Source of the DNA: an uncultured Chloroflexia bacterium
GTDB lineage: Bacteria > Chloroflexota > Anaerolineae > B4-G1 > SLSP01
Assembly (NCBI GenBank): GCA_963751345.1
Contig: CAVVUS010000014.1
Coordinates: 128,001 to 192,000 of the forward strand
DNA length: 64,000 nucleotides
Reading direction: 5' to 3'
In this document: positions 21,399-34,396 of the stretch, in pieces
Layout of the letters: each line of letters opens with the position of its first letter
Position numbering within the stretch: position 1 is the stretch's first letter
Made by a program: the position numbers and the translations under genes
Notes under the pieces: generated by a model
Seen by the model: the letters and a program-made list of their open reading frames with translations, nothing else
What the model was told of the DNA's origin: nothing
Databases searched by the model: none

Positions 21399-22590
21399 AG
21401 AAGACTCTCCCCTCGGACGCACGATTCTGAATCCACGTGAGAGCTAACATCACCCCGGTTAGCACAAAGGCCAGTGCCGATGCGTACCCGAAACGATTGC
21501 CTTCCCAGAAGTTCTTCCAGATCAGCATACTCGCCGTCAACGTGGTGCCGTTAGGCGCTCCTACTGGCCCAACCACCCTTGTCATGACATAGATGTGGTT
21601 GAAGGCACGAAACGTGCCTAGCACACCCATCATCACGAGGAAGTAGGTTGTCGGGGAGACCAACGGAATCGTGATCCTCCGCAACATCTGCCAGCGACTT
21701 GCGCCGTCGATCTCCGCGGCCTCGTAAAGTGCCGTGGGGATGTTCCCCAAGCCCGCCAGGTAAATCACGGCGTTGTATCCCACAAAGGTCCACACGTTGT
21801 AGACCATGACCGCGACGAGGGCCAGGCTCGGTCCACCCAGCCAGTTCGGCACGTTGACGCCCAGCAGGTCTCCGACGTAGACGCCGACGCCGGTGGCGTC
21901 GAACAGCCAACGAGGCAGATTCTTCTCAACTATTCCGAAATTCATAAGAAACTGGTTGATCATTCCCTTGGAGGGATCGAAAATCGACTGCCACACCGAA
22001 GCTGAAGCGACCGTGACGGTGACATAGGGGAGGAAGTAAATGATGCGCCAGGCCGTCTTGCCCCTGATATTCTGAAACAGAACAAATGCAAGCAGAAAGG
22101 AGAGTACAATCTGGAACGGGACTGTTCCGGCAGAGTACATGAACGTGATGGCCAACGAGCTAAACAGCATACTGTCCCCGTTCTTCAGCATCTGGGGGAA
22201 CCCCAGGAACAGCCCCATACCACCAACAATCAGCAGTCCCCCAAAGGCAAACCGAAAGATCAGTCCGCGCGTCGATGTCTCCGGCCCAATCTTTCGCCAC
22301 ACCAGCCACGACGCAGCCAGCAAGAGCAGACCACCAATCACATACAGGATGTCGATCGGCGTCCCGAGAGCCTTCAGGAAGTTCGCGAATCCGATGTAGG
22401 CCCCCTTACGGATGCGCCATTGGTGCAAGCTGATGTAGAACGCGTAACCGATCGGCAGAAGGTTAAAGGCCAGTAAGATCAGTGTTCCCGGAAGTAGAAA
22501 CGCATAGGCCTCAAGGGCCTCGCGGGTGCGCCGGAAGGAACGGCTCTCATACCAAGGGACTGACGGAACCGACTGCTCCGTTGGTGTCAT
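21391..22590 (-). CDS. Carbohydrate ABC permease (MalF-like)
   Basis: [41 protein letters not shown]. Confidence 0.88.
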   Translation of the reverse strand: MTPTEQSVPSVPWYESRSFRRTREALEAYAFLLPGTLILLAFNLLPIGYAFYISLHQWRIRKGAYIGFANFLKALGTPIDILYVIGGLLLLAASWLVWRKIGPETSTRGLIFRFAFGGLLIVGGMGLFLGFPQMLKNGDSMLFSSLAITFMYSAGTVPFQIVLSFLLAFVLFQNIRGKTAWRIIYFLPYVTVTVASASVWQSIFDPSKGMINQFLMNFGIVEKNLPRWLFDATGVGVYVGDLLGVNVPNWLGGPSLALVAVMVYNVWTFVGYNAVIYLAGLGNIPTALYEAAEIDGASRWQMLRRITIPLVSPTTYFLVMMGVLGTFRAFNHIYVMTRVVGPVGAPNGTTLTASMLIWKNFWEGNRFGYASALAFVLTGVMLALTWIQNRASEGRVFYG

Positions 22591-22681
22591 ATTGATCTCC
22601 TGGAGGAACTGGGACTGGGCATCACCACGTGCGCCATTATCCATCGTATCATGCTCAAGACAAACCGCCGGCAGCGCCGCG

Positions 22682-24001
22682 CTATTTACACAGCGTCATC
22701 TTCCAGCCATTGTCACCGATCTCAGCCGTGTAAACCGGCCGCGCTAGCGATTCGGCAAGGAAACGGGCCGAGTGCCCATCGAGGGACTCCTGATTCGGCC
22801 CACGGAATATCTCCTCCGGTACGACGACGACGTCGCCCGGATCGCGCTCTCCCAGGGCAGCGAGGACATCCTCTACGGTCAATAGCCCGGCCACGGTGAC
22901 GGTCTCACCGAAAAAGCGGTTCACTACCGGCACCACGTCGATTATGATCGACGTCTTCTCGGAGAACGTCCGGGCATATGCCATCAGCATAGGTGCAAAG
23001 AGCACACCGGTAACCCACGTCTGCCGGCGTCCAAGCCCGGACAAAGCCACATCGAGACTCTGGCGTTCGTCGAGAAAACGCCGAGCCATGCCCACACCAT
23101 TCTCAATCATCGCCGGAAGCAGCCCGTCATATGCTGCCTCCTCAGGCACTCGGGCACCGGCGCGCAGAAACCACTCGTCAGACGGATAGACAAAGCCGAC
23201 ACCCAACTCTGCTCGGAGCTTGACCTGCCATTCCAGTACAGAAGCCAAGACCCCGCCAACCTCCTCATCACGGTAGGGGCGAAGGTCGGGATCGTGCCAG
23301 CGCGTCAGCCCCACCGGCACCACGGATAGATCCCGAACCGCAGGGTAGAGCGCCGCCAGGTCGGCAATCGTCCGGTCCAGATGCTCACCATCATTGCGCC
23401 CCGGCACTAACACCGCCTGCGTGTGCAATTCGATCCCCATCTCGGCAAGGCGGTGAAGCTGGGCCAGGATCTCCGCGGCCTTCGGATTCCGCATCAGATC
23501 CACGCGGACCGCGGGTTCCGTCGCGTGCACGGACACGTAAAGAGGGCTCAAGTACTGCTCCTCAATGCGCTCCCAATCATCCGGATCGAGGTTGGTGAGG
23601 GTGATATAGTTGCCGTGGAGAAAAGAGAGGCGGTAGTCGTCGTCCTTGATATACAGCGACCCACGGAGATCCGGTGCCATCTGGGAAACGAAACAGAACT
23701 CACAGCGATTGCGGCAGACTCTGGGCTGCCCGTTAAAGATATCCTTGGCAAACTCAAGTCCAAACGGCTCGCCGTAACGGCGACGGACGTGACACTCTCG
23801 GCGCCGGCCCTCCTGCTCGTAGAGCAGGGTCAGATCGGGTTCGCCCGCATAGACCCTCACATCGATGGCGTCGCGCAGGGCCATGCCATTGATCGCCAGC
23901 AAGTAATCGCCGGGTCTCAGCCCGCAACGCTCACCGGCGCTCTTGCGGACAACCGCTGTAACCATGGCGGGAAGAACTCTGTCATTCTCGGCAGGGGTCA
24001 A
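22682..24001 (-). CDS. PDZ + radical SAM DUF512 family protein
   Basis: GLRPGD PDZ-like start, [38 protein letters not shown]. Confidence 0.85.
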   Translation of the reverse strand: MTPAENDRVLPAMVTAVVRKSAGERCGLRPGDYLLAINGMALRDAIDVRVYAGEPDLTLLYEQEGRRRECHVRRRYGEPFGLEFAKDIFNGQPRVCRNRCEFCFVSQMAPDLRGSLYIKDDDYRLSFLHGNYITLTNLDPDDWERIEEQYLSPLYVSVHATEPAVRVDLMRNPKAAEILAQLHRLAEMGIELHTQAVLVPGRNDGEHLDRTIADLAALYPAVRDLSVVPVGLTRWHDPDLRPYRDEEVGGVLASVLEWQVKLRAELGVGFVYPSDEWFLRAGARVPEEAAYDGLLPAMIENGVGMARRFLDERQSLDVALSGLGRRQTWVTGVLFAPMLMAYARTFSEKTSIIIDVVPVVNRFFGETVTVAGLLTVEDVLAALGERDPGDVVVVPEEIFRGPNQESLDGHSARFLAESLARPVYTAEIGDNGWKMTLCK

Positions 24002-24128
24002 CCATCAATATGGCAACGATAACATTTATCAAACACCGGTCTAGCTTTTTACTATTATACCCTAACTCGACCGGCCACCTGTTAACAAGGGGTTAACAAC
24101 AACCAGAGCCAGGACATCTCGATGAAGC

Positions 24129-25688
24129 CTACTCCCACTCGATGGTCGCGGGTGGTTTGCTGCTCACGTCATAGACGACGCGGTTCACCCCGGGGACCTC
24201 GTTCACAATCCGGTTCGCCACCCGACCCAGAAGATCGTAGGGGAGCTTAGCCCAATCGGCGGTCATAAAATCCTCGGTAGTCACGGCGCGCAAGGCCACC
24301 ACGTTCGCATAGGTCCGCCCATCCCCCATCACGCCCACACTGCGCACAGGCAGGAGCACGGCAAAGGCCTGGGACGTCTCGCGGTAGAGCCCGGCAGCCC
24401 ACAGCGCCTCCAGGAATATCGCATCTGCTGCCTGAAGCCTGGCCACCCGATCGGGCGTGATCTCGCCGAGGATCCGCACTGCGAGCCCCGGCCCCGGAAA
24501 GGGATGGCGCCAGACGAGCTTTTCCGGCAATCCCAGCAGGAGTCCCACCTGACGCACTTCATCTTTGAAGAGATCGCGCAGCGGTTCCACAAGCTCGAGA
24601 TCCATATCGTCCGGCAAGCCGCCGACGTTGTGGTGAGATTTAATGCGATCGGCAGACGCACTGCCGGCGCTCTCGATCACATCCGGATAGATCGTGCCCT
24701 GGGCCAGGAACCTGGCATGATTCAAGCGCCGGGCCTCAGCCTCAAAGACCCGGATGAACTGCTCGCCGATGATCCGCCGCTTGGCCTCCGGATCGGTCAC
24801 CCCTGCCAGTGCGGACAGAAAACGCGCCGAGGCATCAACCCGCACAAGGCGCATCCCCAGCGCTTCGTGAAAGGTAGTCTCGACCTGCTGCGACTCATCA
24901 CGACGCAGGAGGCCCGTATCGACGAAAATCGAGGTAAGTTGATCTCCCACCGCCCTATGGATAAGGGCCGCCACAACGGCGCTATCCACGCCCCCGCTGA
25001 GCCCCAGGACCACGCCCCCGTCGCCGACCTGCGCTTGGATACGCGCGACCGCCTGCTCAATGAACGCACCTGGCGTCCACAGCCCGTGACATCCGCAGAT
25101 GTCAAAGAGAAAATGGCGCAGAATTTCAGGCCCTTGAGGGGTATGATGGACCTCGGGATGAAACTGGGTCCCGTAAATGTGGCGCTGCTCATCTCCAATC
25201 GCGGCCACGATCCCATTCTCACTGCGCGCCAGCACCTCGAAGCCGAGAGGCAAAGTCTGGACGCGGTCGCCATGACTCATCCAAACAGACAGCGGGCCGG
25301 TAAGGTCGTTAAACAGGGCGCTCCCTCCCTGCGTGACCTGCACGCTTGCCGGACCGTACTCGCGCGCGGTCCCGGGCACGACCTTTCCCCCCAGACGCTG
25401 AGTCAGCACCTGCATTCCATAGCAGATGCCAAGAACGGCCACACGCGCATCGAGCAGATAGGCAGGCAGTGTGGGTGCGCCTTCGTCATAGACGCTGTTG
25501 GGACCGCCGGAGAGGATGAAGCCAACCGGCTCAAGGGACGCAACGCGCGCCGGATCGGCATCCCACGGGAGAATCTCAGCATAGACGTGCTGCTCGCGCA
25601 CACGCCGAGCAATGAGCTGAGTGTACTGAGAGCCGTAATCGAGAATTACAATTGTCTCAGATTGTGGCCCCATCCCTGGCTCACTCAC
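24129..25688 (-). CDS. guaA: GMP synthase (glutamine-hydrolysing)
   Basis: [40 protein letters not shown]. Confidence 0.97.
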   Translation of the reverse strand: MSEPGMGPQSETIVILDYGSQYTQLIARRVREQHVYAEILPWDADPARVASLEPVGFILSGGPNSVYDEGAPTLPAYLLDARVAVLGICYGMQVLTQRLGGKVVPGTAREYGPASVQVTQGGSALFNDLTGPLSVWMSHGDRVQTLPLGFEVLARSENGIVAAIGDEQRHIYGTQFHPEVHHTPQGPEILRHFLFDICGCHGLWTPGAFIEQAVARIQAQVGDGGVVLGLSGGVDSAVVAALIHRAVGDQLTSIFVDTGLLRRDESQQVETTFHEALGMRLVRVDASARFLSALAGVTDPEAKRRIIGEQFIRVFEAEARRLNHARFLAQGTIYPDVIESAGSASADRIKSHHNVGGLPDDMDLELVEPLRDLFKDEVRQVGLLLGLPEKLVWRHPFPGPGLAVRILGEITPDRVARLQAADAIFLEALWAAGLYRETSQAFAVLLPVRSVGVMGDGRTYANVVALRAVTTEDFMTADWAKLPYDLLGRVANRIVNEVPGVNRVVYDVSSKPPATIEWE

Positions 25689-26268
25689 CGAAGATGATAG
25701 TACCGTCGCTGCGCATCTCGTCGATGATCACCAGCGACACAACGGGGACGTCAAGATCCTGGAGGACGGCACGCCCACCCTCGAATGATTTCTCGACCAG
25801 GGTGCCGATGCCGACAACCTTGGCGTCTGCGCTTTGCACGATACGTGCCATCGCAGCGATAGTCTGTCCGGTCGCCAGGAAGTCATCGATGATGAGCACA
25901 CGATCTCCGGGGTGAAGGAACTCGGGGGAAACCATCAGTGACACCTCGCCACCCTTGGTATGGGAAGGGGCGAACTCGACGAAGACGGGATCGGCCATTG
26001 TCACCGGCTTGTGCTTCCGCGCGTAGACCAGGGGTAGGCCCATCGCATAAGCCGTGGCCATTGCCGGGATAATGCCCGAAACCTCCGCCGTCAGGACACG
26101 TGTTGGGTTCTGGTTTCCGAACTGACGGGCGAACTCCGCCCCGGCCTCCAACATCAAGGTAGCATCTACCTGGTGGTTAATGACACTGTCGATCTTGAGG
26201 ATCCCTTGGCCGAGGTTTCTGCCCTCCTGGCGGATGCGTCGCTTCAGATTCTCCATCTCCCCAATCAT
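25681..26268 (-). CDS. xpt: Xanthine phosphoribosyltransferase
   Basis: [44 protein letters not shown]. Confidence 0.9.
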   Translation of the reverse strand: MIGEMENLKRRIRQEGRNLGQGILKIDSVINHQVDATLMLEAGAEFARQFGNQNPTRVLTAEVSGIIPAMATAYAMGLPLVYARKHKPVTMADPVFVEFAPSHTKGGEVSLMVSPEFLHPGDRVLIIDDFLATGQTIAAMARIVQSADAKVVGIGTLVEKSFEGGRAVLQDLDVPVVSLVIIDEMRSDGTIIFGE

Positions 26269-26477
26269 CCTCCTCCGTGGCGTGACCCTTACCCGCCTAT
26301 GATATCACAGAACGTGGATTGGGCACGGCTTGGAACGTTCCGGCGTTGACCCGCCGCAGCACGGCGTGCAGCAACTCCGGAAGCCGTCGGCAAGCGCGAA
26401 CGGCGCGCGTCGCATTGCCAGTCGGCCGAACATGATAGCATAGTCTTCACAAAACTATGGCGGCACTGGCAGACCAG

Positions 26478-27457
26478 ATGACAAACACTATACCATAACA
26501 CACGAGACTGAGCGCCCGATCAGGCCCACCGGGACTGAGCGCCCGATCAGGCCCACCGGGACTGAGCGCCCGATCTGCAGCTACGAAGGGTCGCGGTATA
26601 GTTCTGAGTTCTGGACCCAGGCACGCACCTACGAGGATGCCGTAGAGCGCATCGCGCTCCAGGCGTTGTTGCCCCCACGGGGTGAGACGCTGATGGAGAT
26701 CGGAGCGGGCTTCGGGCGACTCGCTGAGATGTACTCGGGCTACAAAACCGTGGTGCTGCTTGACTACGCGCACACGCAGCTCTCACAGGCGGTCGAGCGA
26801 CTCGGACCGGGTGGTGCGGGAGGAGATCCGCGCTATCTCTACGTACAAGCGAACTTCTATCACCTCCCGTTTGTGGCCTCGCGATTTGACACGGTGACGA
26901 TGATCCGCACCCTTCATCATGCCACCGATGCATCTGCGGTGCTGCGAGGCGTCTCGGAGGCCCTGGCACCCAAGGGCGCTTTCGTCCTGGAATTTGCCAA
27001 CAAACGTAACGTCAAGGCCATCATCCGCTATCTCTTGCGGCGTCAGCGCTGGTCGCCGTTTGACCGAGCGCCCGTCGAGTTCGTAGATCTCAATTTCGAC
27101 TTCCACCCCAAGTGGATATGGGATCAGCTAGCACGCGCCGATCTCCGGCGAGATGCCATCCGCACCGTCTCCCACTACCGGATTGGAGCGTTGAAGCGGT
27201 GGGTGCCTCACCGGATCCTGGTGGCCCTGGATGCAATGGCACAGCCGACCGGACCGTTGTGGCAGCTCAGTCCCAGCGTCTTCGTTCGGGCGATCGCGGA
27301 CGCGACGAAGTCGCCGGCGGCACCGGACGCTTTCTTCAAGTGCCCGGCCTGCGGCGCATCCCTCGGTGCGCCACCCCAGGCCACCTTCAACTGCCAGTGC
27401 GGAAGGACCTGGCAGAAGAAGGGGGAGATCTACGACTTCCGTTATCCTGCCGAGTAG
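26478..27457 (+). CDS. Class I SAM-dependent methyltransferase with C-terminal zinc ribbon (start uncertain)
   Basis: Frame open well upstream of 26666 (PICSYEGSRY...); EIGAGFGRL, TLHH, CPACG..CQCG; nearest ATG (26478) is one base out of frame. Confidence 0.75.
26506..26575 (+). repeat. 27-bp direct tandem repeat (about 2.6 copies)
   Basis: gactgagcgcccgatcaggcccaccgg repeated; encodes TERPIRPTG in the methyltransferase frame. Confidence 0.85.
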
Positions 27458-27528
27458 ATAGTATCGAAGCTACTTCAGGAGCAGGGTGAGACTCCCTGCT
27501 CCTTTCATTTCGGAGAGACCGAACATCC

Positions 27529-28468
27529 ATGCAAGTCGTCAGGCAATCGAAACCGGATCAGGAGCGGTGGCTGCAACTTCGCCGCGCGCTGTGGATCACC
27601 ATAGTGGGAAATGTGCGTCCTTGCCACCGGCAAGGGCATCGTCGCGTACCTGTCAGGCAGCGTTGCTCTCTACGCGGATGCCGCCAACTCCGTTTCTGAC
27701 GTCGCTTACTCGCTCCTGATGGCCCTGGGACTCTGGCTCTCACAGCGCCCCCCCGACATCAGCCACCCGCAGGGGCACAGTCGTTTTGAACCACTGGCGG
27801 GCCTCGTTGTTGCCACAGCTATGACCCTCGCGGCTTATGAAGCCGGCCAGACAGCGGTGGAGCGTTTCCTGCAAGGCGGTGCAGCGGTCGCAACCACAGG
27901 GCCGATCATAGCACTCCTATCAAGCGCTGCTATCAAGGCCGGGATGTACGTAGTCATCTCGCGAATCGCCCGGAAAGCCGGCAGCCCCACCTTGGGGGCC
28001 GCGGCAAAGGACAACCTCGCCGACGTGCTGACCTCGCTTGCGGCTTTCCTGGGCACCTTGGGATCGAGATTCATCAATCCCCTTGCGGATCCCATCGCCG
28101 GCATCGTCGTCGCCCTTTGGATCCTCAGGTCGGCGCTGAGCGTATGGAAGGAGAACCTCAAGTACCTCAGCGGAGGCGGGGCATCTTCGGAACTGCACAC
28201 CAAGATCGCCGACATGGCTCGATCCGTCCCCGGTGTCGACAAGGTCCACCAGGTGATCACCGAATATGTCGGGCCGGATCTCGTCGCCGATCTACACATC
28301 AATGTGAATGGCGACCTTCCGCTTTCCGAGGCACACGTCATCTCGGATGAGGTACAGAGGCGCGTCGAGGCCCTGGCAAGCGTGGACCGGGCCTACGTGC
28401 ATGTCGAGCCCTATGAGGCCGAGCCGCAGCCATCCGATACCCCCGGATCATCGGACGCCGAGCGCTAA
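27529..28468 (+). CDS. Cation diffusion facilitator family transporter (frameshift near 27610)
   Basis: SVALYADAANSVSD, HPQGHSRFE, DNLADV, DPIAGIVV, AYVHVEP. Confidence 0.85.
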
Positions 28469-28523
28469 GCGCGCGCCGCTACGCCTTCCGATAGAGGCCA
28501 ACTGCGCTATAATGCTCCCGGCT

Positions 28524-29366
28524 ATGGCGTACGAAATCGAAGACCGCGTGCAAGTCAGACCCGCCCCCTTAGAGGCCGGATGGATGGCGCTCCCCTTTTT
28601 TGCAGCTCTGGGTGGCGCTTGGGCCTTCTCCCGTCCCCAGTTCGCGGAGGTATCCGTGAACCTCGCCATCGCGCTAGCCCTCGTCGTTGGTGGGTGGCAG
28701 CAGTTCTGGCGAGCGCTGACACACACGGATTGGGCCGCCCCGCTCCAGCAATGGCGAGGCTGGACCAAGGCTGCGGCGCTGCCTGCCTGGCCCTACATTC
28801 AGCCGGGGACACCCGGGGATGCCCTACATCACAGACTCTCGCAGATGCGCGCCTGGTGGCAGGATGTCGGGAAAGCAACGTTGTCCGCACCACTCCAGCG
28901 CGCAGTACTGGCAATTCTGATCAGCCTCCTGCTGGGCGTGGCAGTGGGTCGGCTGGCCCTGCTCCTCAGTCTGTGTTTCGTGACCCTCACCGAACTCGCC
29001 GTGTTGTGGCACGAAGGCGACGGGGAGGTTGGCACATTGTGGACGGGGAGCACGTTGGTGGGGTTGCCCTGGATCCTCGGCGGCACACTGGCCAACGCCG
29101 ATCTGTGGCAGCCGGCTGTCTCCGGGCTTGCGTTGGCCCTGACCGTTGGGCTCTTCGCCAAGCGTTCCTGGTGGTCGCTCGCCGGACCTATAGTGGGCGC
29201 CACATTCTTGATCTGGCAAGGTAGAGCTTCGGCCGCGGGTTGGCTTCTGCTCCTGGCACTGCCGGGACTCATCGTGCTGAGCCAACGCCCCAGCAAAGAG
29301 GGCTATCGCCGGTCTATCGGCCCGTGGGTTATCGCGATGGTCGCACTCGTGGCCTGGGTGCTATAA
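28524..29366 (+). CDS. Hypothetical multi-pass membrane protein
   Basis: Trp/Leu/Ala-rich with many hydrophobic segments. Confidence 0.6.
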   Translation: MAYEIEDRVQVRPAPLEAGWMALPFFAALGGAWAFSRPQFAEVSVNLAIALALVVGGWQQFWRALTHTDWAAPLQQWRGWTKAAALPAWPYIQPGTPGDALHHRLSQMRAWWQDVGKATLSAPLQRAVLAILISLLLGVAVGRLALLLSLCFVTLTELAVLWHEGDGEVGTLWTGSTLVGLPWILGGTLANADLWQPAVSGLALALTVGLFAKRSWWSLAGPIVGATFLIWQGRASAAGWLLLLALPGLIVLSQRPSKEGYRRSIGPWVIAMVALVAWVL

Positions 29367-29367
29367 G

Positions 29368-30211
29368 ATGGGCTGGGTGCTGGGTATCGTCGGCCTGATC
29401 CTGGTTGTGGCCCTCCTGTATTGGCAACTCATCATCGCGGAGGGGGCCTATCTGGGACGCTGGGTGGTCACGCTGCTCTACGATTGGTCGGCAAAGATTT
29501 ACGACCGCATCAAGCACTACGATACGGGCTACGAACAGTATTTCCTCGCGCGGCCGTTGACGAACGCCCTCTTCTCGTTTCCCAGCCCGGTTGTGCTGGA
29601 CGTCGCCACCGGCACCGCCCGCCTTGCCCGCACGCTGCTTCCCGAAGTGCGGGTTTCGCGGGCGCCTGATTGGTCTGGACCTCTCCCGGAAGATGCTGGA
29701 ACAAGCCGCACAAAACACGGAGCAATGGTCCGACCGCATCCTCTTCCTCTGGGACGACGCCTCCGAGCTACCCTTTCCCGACGACACCTTCGAGGTCACG
29801 ACGTGCCTGGAGGCGCTCGAATTCATGCCCAATCCCGACCAGGTGCTAGCCGAGATGGTACGCGTCCTGCGACCCGGCGGCCTCTTCCTGACCACCAATC
29901 GGATCGGGAATGATGCACGCTTGATGCCCGGACGCACCTACACCTCGGAGCGCCTGGCGGAAAAGCTCCAGGCACTGTCGTTGGAAATGGTGCAGATCCG
30001 TCCATGGCAAGTGGAATATGACCTGATCTGGGCGATCAAGCCGGGTGTCTGCGCCCCCTTGGGCGTGCGGCGTCTCGACACCTACTTGCGCTGTCCCGAA
30101 TGCGGGGCGGCAGTCACGCGCCGGCCGCATACCATCGTCTGCGAGAACGGACACGCGATGTCCATCGCGGCAGATGGCATCGTCGATATGCTGCACAGCG
30201 AGAAACAATAG
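29368..30211 (+). CDS. Membrane-anchored SAM methyltransferase with C-terminal zinc ribbon (frameshift near 29650)
   Basis: N-terminal TM helix, VLDVATGTAR, LPFPDDTF, RVLRPGG, CPECG. Confidence 0.78.
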
Positions 30212-30298
30212 TTGCCCGTTCGTGTCCGTGAGGACTGCTGCTCAGCCCCGCCGAATCTCCGGGGTTTTAACTGACAACCGACAACGGGAAACTGTCAA

Positions 30299-30877
30299 CT
30301 ATCTTCTAGGCAGTTGCGAGATTGCCTTTCGAATCTCCGCGATCACGCCCCTGGACTTGGCGCGCTTTGCCGTGACCATCGCACGATTGAGATAGGCCTT
30401 GGCTCTGGGGCGGTTGCCATGTCGCGAATAGAGAATGGCCAGGTTCCGCAGCGTCTTGGCCTCCCCCTCAAAATCCTCCAACGCGACCCTTAGCTCAAGC
30501 GCCTCGTCGTAGATGGTCGCCGCCTCTTGCCATTCTCCCATCCCGTCGTGTGCCGCGGCCAGATTGTTGAGGACCACCGCCTCGCCGGCGCGATCCTCGG
30601 CCTCCTGGTACAACTGGCGGGCATCCGTCGCGTACGTCATAGCGTCCTGCCAGTTCATCATCGCTAAGTGCACGCTGGCGATGTTATTGAGGGCTTCTGC
30701 CTTTCCGGGCAAGTCACCCTTCTCTTCCATCAGTCCGATCACCTCATTGTAAGCCTCAATCGCGGGCTCCCACTCGCCCTCCGCCAAGTGGGCCTTGGCC
30801 GCCGCATTGAGCTCCGCTGCCCGATCTTCCGGGGTCTCGGTCTCGTCCTCTGCCTGCACCTCGTCGGTGTCAACCAT
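30299..30877 (-). CDS. Tetratricopeptide repeat protein
   Basis: Repeated A..LNN(I/L)A TPR motifs. Confidence 0.82.
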   Translation of the reverse strand: MVDTDEVQAEDETETPEDRAAELNAAAKAHLAEGEWEPAIEAYNEVIGLMEEKGDLPGKAEALNNIASVHLAMMNWQDAMTYATDARQLYQEAEDRAGEAVVLNNLAAAHDGMGEWQEAATIYDEALELRVALEDFEGEAKTLRNLAILYSRHGNRPRAKAYLNRAMVTAKRAKSRGVIAEIRKAISQLPRR

Positions 30878-30950
30878 GGAAACCTCCTAACTCACCTATT
30901 CCAAGCCCCCAACCCGTATCGTCAAATCTGTTGCCAGGCGGGGACTGCGG

Positions 30951-31568
30951 TTATGCTCTCGCACGTCGCATACGGCGACGGCGTTCCTCGAGCCGTTTGA
31001 GCACCCAGACTCCTACCACAGCCGCGGCCATCAGGTCGAAGACAACGCGAAGGCCCAAGTGTTGAAGGTTCAGGCCGAGAAACTGGGAGTGTATGGTGCC
31101 CAGGACAAATACCACGTAGTTAAGCCAATGAATCGCCTTCCAGTTCTTGCCGATGCTGGTCCGAAAGAGAGCGGTCAGTGACGTGATGGCGATCAACCAG
31201 AAGGCCGCACGGCCGCCGAGGCTGAAGAACGCATAGAAGGAGCTGAACTGCGGCAAGAAAACTGCAGGGGTGCCACTGCGCCAGGCCACACTGGTCGCGT
31301 GCGTGGCCAGCGCCACAAGCGCTGTGACCGTCACAACGTGATGGACTTTCGGGAAAGGCCGTCCGAAGAATCGGGTCAGCTCGCGCATATAGTTCGACGA
31401 GAGCACCGACAAGAATACACTCAGATAGCCCAGAAGCGCTGCGACCCGAACTAGCCGTCAATCGGGCAGACAAGGCGGTCGAGTGATACGACGGCCCGCG
31501 ACCAGCCCCAGGGCCGCGACGCCACTTACAAGAAGGAGCCACGTGTTTTTCGGTTTCCGACCCGGCAT
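30951..31568 (-). CDS. Ferric reductase-like transmembrane (heme b) protein (frameshifted)
   Basis: KVHH...LATH and WKAIHWLNY...GTIH histidine pairs. Confidence 0.6.
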
Positions 31569-31599
31569 CTTTCCCTCCAATTTCGATTTGAGAGTGGGC

Positions 31600-34247
31600 T
31601 TACCTGCCCGCACCCTTCTTCTTGCCCTGAGCGCCCTGTAGTTGCTTCTGCCAGGTGTAGAGCATCGTCAGCGCATCTAGTGGGGTCAGGCTGTTCACGT
31701 CAAGCCGGCGCAGTTCGTCCACGATAGGGTGCTCCTGCGCGATGAGCACCGGTTGGAAAGCCTCGACCTCTTGTCGGGCCACGCCGGGGCGGAAATCCCC
31801 GCTTTCCAACTCCTCCAGCAGACTCTCCGCACGATGGACCACGGGCGCAGGGATACCCGCCAATCGCGCCACGTGAATGCCGTACGAGCGATCCGCCCCC
31901 CCTGTGACCACTTTGTGCAGGAAGATCACGTCGTGGCCGTCCTCCACAACATCCAGGCTGAAGTTTCGGACGTGAGGGAGATGCTCCTCCATCTCCAGCA
32001 GCTCGTGATAATGCGTCGCGAAGAGGGTGCGAGCGCGACGTTCGGGATGGTTATGCAGATACTCGACCACCGCCCACGCGATGGCCATGCCGTCATACGT
32101 GCTGGTGCCGCGCCCTACCTCGTCAAGGATCAGCAGGCTGCGGCGGCGTCGCATGGTTGAGGATGTTAGCCGTCTCGACCATCTCGACCATAAAGGTCGA
32201 CTGCCCGGCTGCCAGTTCGTCGGAGGCCCCGATCCTGGTAAAAATCCGATCCACGACGCCGACGTGCGCCTCGTCGGCAGGCACGAAACTGCCAATCTGG
32301 GCCATCAAGATGATGAGCGCCGTCTGGCGAAGGAAGACGGACTTGCCCGCCATATTCGGCCCGGTGATGATGTGGATCCGGCTCTCTGCATCCATCGTCA
32401 GATCATTGGGCACAAACGGATCTCGACTGAGCCTGCTCGACGACCGGATGGCGCCCGCCGACGATGCGCAGGACCGGGGTCTCCTCAAACGTAGGGCGCA
32501 CATAATGTTGGTGGACGGCGATCTCCGCCAGGGCTGCTGCCACGTCGATTCGGGCCAATGCCTGGGCTGTCTCGATCAGTTCGGCTGCTCTGGCGCTGAC
32601 CCGCTGGCAGATCTCGGCGAAGAGCCGGCTCTCCAATTCAGAGATGCGTTCTTCGGCATTGAGCACGAGGCTCTCGTACTCCTTGAGCTCAGGCGTGATG
32701 TAGCGCTCGGAGTTGACCAGCGTCTGTTTGCGGATGTAGTGATCGGGTACCGATGCGGTATTCGCTTTGGTCACCTCGATGTAGTAGCCAAAGACCTTGT
32801 TGTAGCCTACCTTCAGGTTCTTGATCCCGGTGCGCCGGCGCTCCTTCTGCTCGAGGCCGGCAATCCACTCACGGGCATCCTTGCTCGCCAACACAATACC
32901 GTCCAGTTCGGAAGAAAACCCAGGACGAATGAGACCCCCGGCACTGAGTTGGGCCGGAGGATCGTCAACGACAGCTTCGGAAATCAGCGCCCTGACGTCG
33001 TCCACCGGGCTGAGCCCGTCCAGCAGAGACTCGACACCGGCGGCGTGCAGCAGCCCCACGAGCTCGGGCACACTACCCAGCGCCGTACGGATGCCCTCCA
33101 GATCCCGGGGAGTGGCACGCGACGCGAGCACCCGCGTCGTCATCCGCTCAAGGTCCGGTACGCGCTTGAGCGCTGCTCGCGCCTTGGCCCGCAACACGCC
33201 ATCGTCGTAGAATCCCTGCACCTGATCGAGGCGCTGCTCCAGAACGTCGATATCCAGCAGCGGCTGGGCGAGGCGCATGAGTAGGAGCCGTCCGCCCATT
33301 GCTGTGAGCGTCTCATCCAATACCCCGAGCAGCGACCCGCTTTTCTCCCGACGCAGAGTCTCCGTGATCTCCAGGTTTCGCCACGTCGACGCATCAATGG
33401 CCATAAAGTGGTCGGTGGCGTAGGTCCGCAGGCCCGTGATCTGCGGGAGCAGCCCCTGCTGCGTCTCCTCCAGATAGCTCAGCGCCGCCCCTGCCGCCCG
33501 AACTGCCAGCGGCTTGCCCTCGCAGCCGAATCCCTGCAGGGTGCGAACCTGGAAATGGGCCATCAGAGCCTGGCGCGCGGCGGATTCCTCGAAGCGATAT
33601 CCGGGCCAGGGGGTGACCTGCGCCGACACCGCATCCTGAAGGGTCATCTCGGGACGTGGGACCCTATCGTCGGGATCACGCTCTTTCCAGGATCCCACTT
33701 TGGGAATCAGGACCTCACGCGGGCGCAGACGTGCCAATTCCTGGCGCACCAAGGAGAGCACATTCTGTGTGGAGCCGTCGCTGAGTTGGGTCGTGGCGAA
33801 CTCACCGGTGGAGATCTCGGCGTAAGCGATCCCTGCCCGCTCCCCCTCCACGACGACAGCGGCGAGGTAATTGGGCCGTTTGTCATCCAGCATCTCCGGC
33901 TCGGTCAACGTCCCCGCGGTGACGACGCGCTCCACCCGTCGCTCCATCGGCCCGCTGCCCGTCGGCTCACCGACCTGCTCGGCCAACGCGACCCGGAACC
34001 CCTTCTCGATCAAGCGGGCGATGTACCCGTCCACCGCGTGGTGTGGGACCCCCGCCATAGGCACACGGACGTCCTTGGATACCGGACGCGAGGTGAGGAT
34101 GAGATCCAACTCCCGAGAAGCGATCTCGGCATCCTCATCAAAGGTCTCGTAGAAGTCGCCCAGGCGAAAAAAGAGGATCGTATCCGGGTATTGAGCTTTC
34201 AGGTCCAGGTATTGCTGTCGCACCGGCGTCGTGTCATTCTTGCTCAT
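31600..34247 (-). CDS. mutS: DNA mismatch repair protein MutS (two apparent frameshifts)
   Basis: [51 protein letters not shown]. Confidence 0.95.
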
Positions 34248-34396
34248 ACGGTGATTATAGCGGCGAGAAGCTGCCAAAACAAGCTGCTTGACACACACCA
34301 TTTTCAAACGATAGTATCTCTAGGGTTTCCCACCAAGCATTCGCCGATGACTCATGATTTTCGGAAATCATGGCCAGACCACGAGGGGATGCACGT

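Noticed and set aside
26270-26450. Canonical guanine or ZTP riboswitch before xpt
   Set aside because: Conserved core nucleotides are not found; kept only as an unclassified structured candidate.
26506-26575. CRISPR array
   Set aside because: Head-to-tail 27-bp repeats with no spacers and no cas genes.
30269-30300. Short heptamer tandem (aactgac/aaccgac/aacggga/aactgtc)
   Set aside because: Only about four degenerate copies between convergent genes; no function can be supported.
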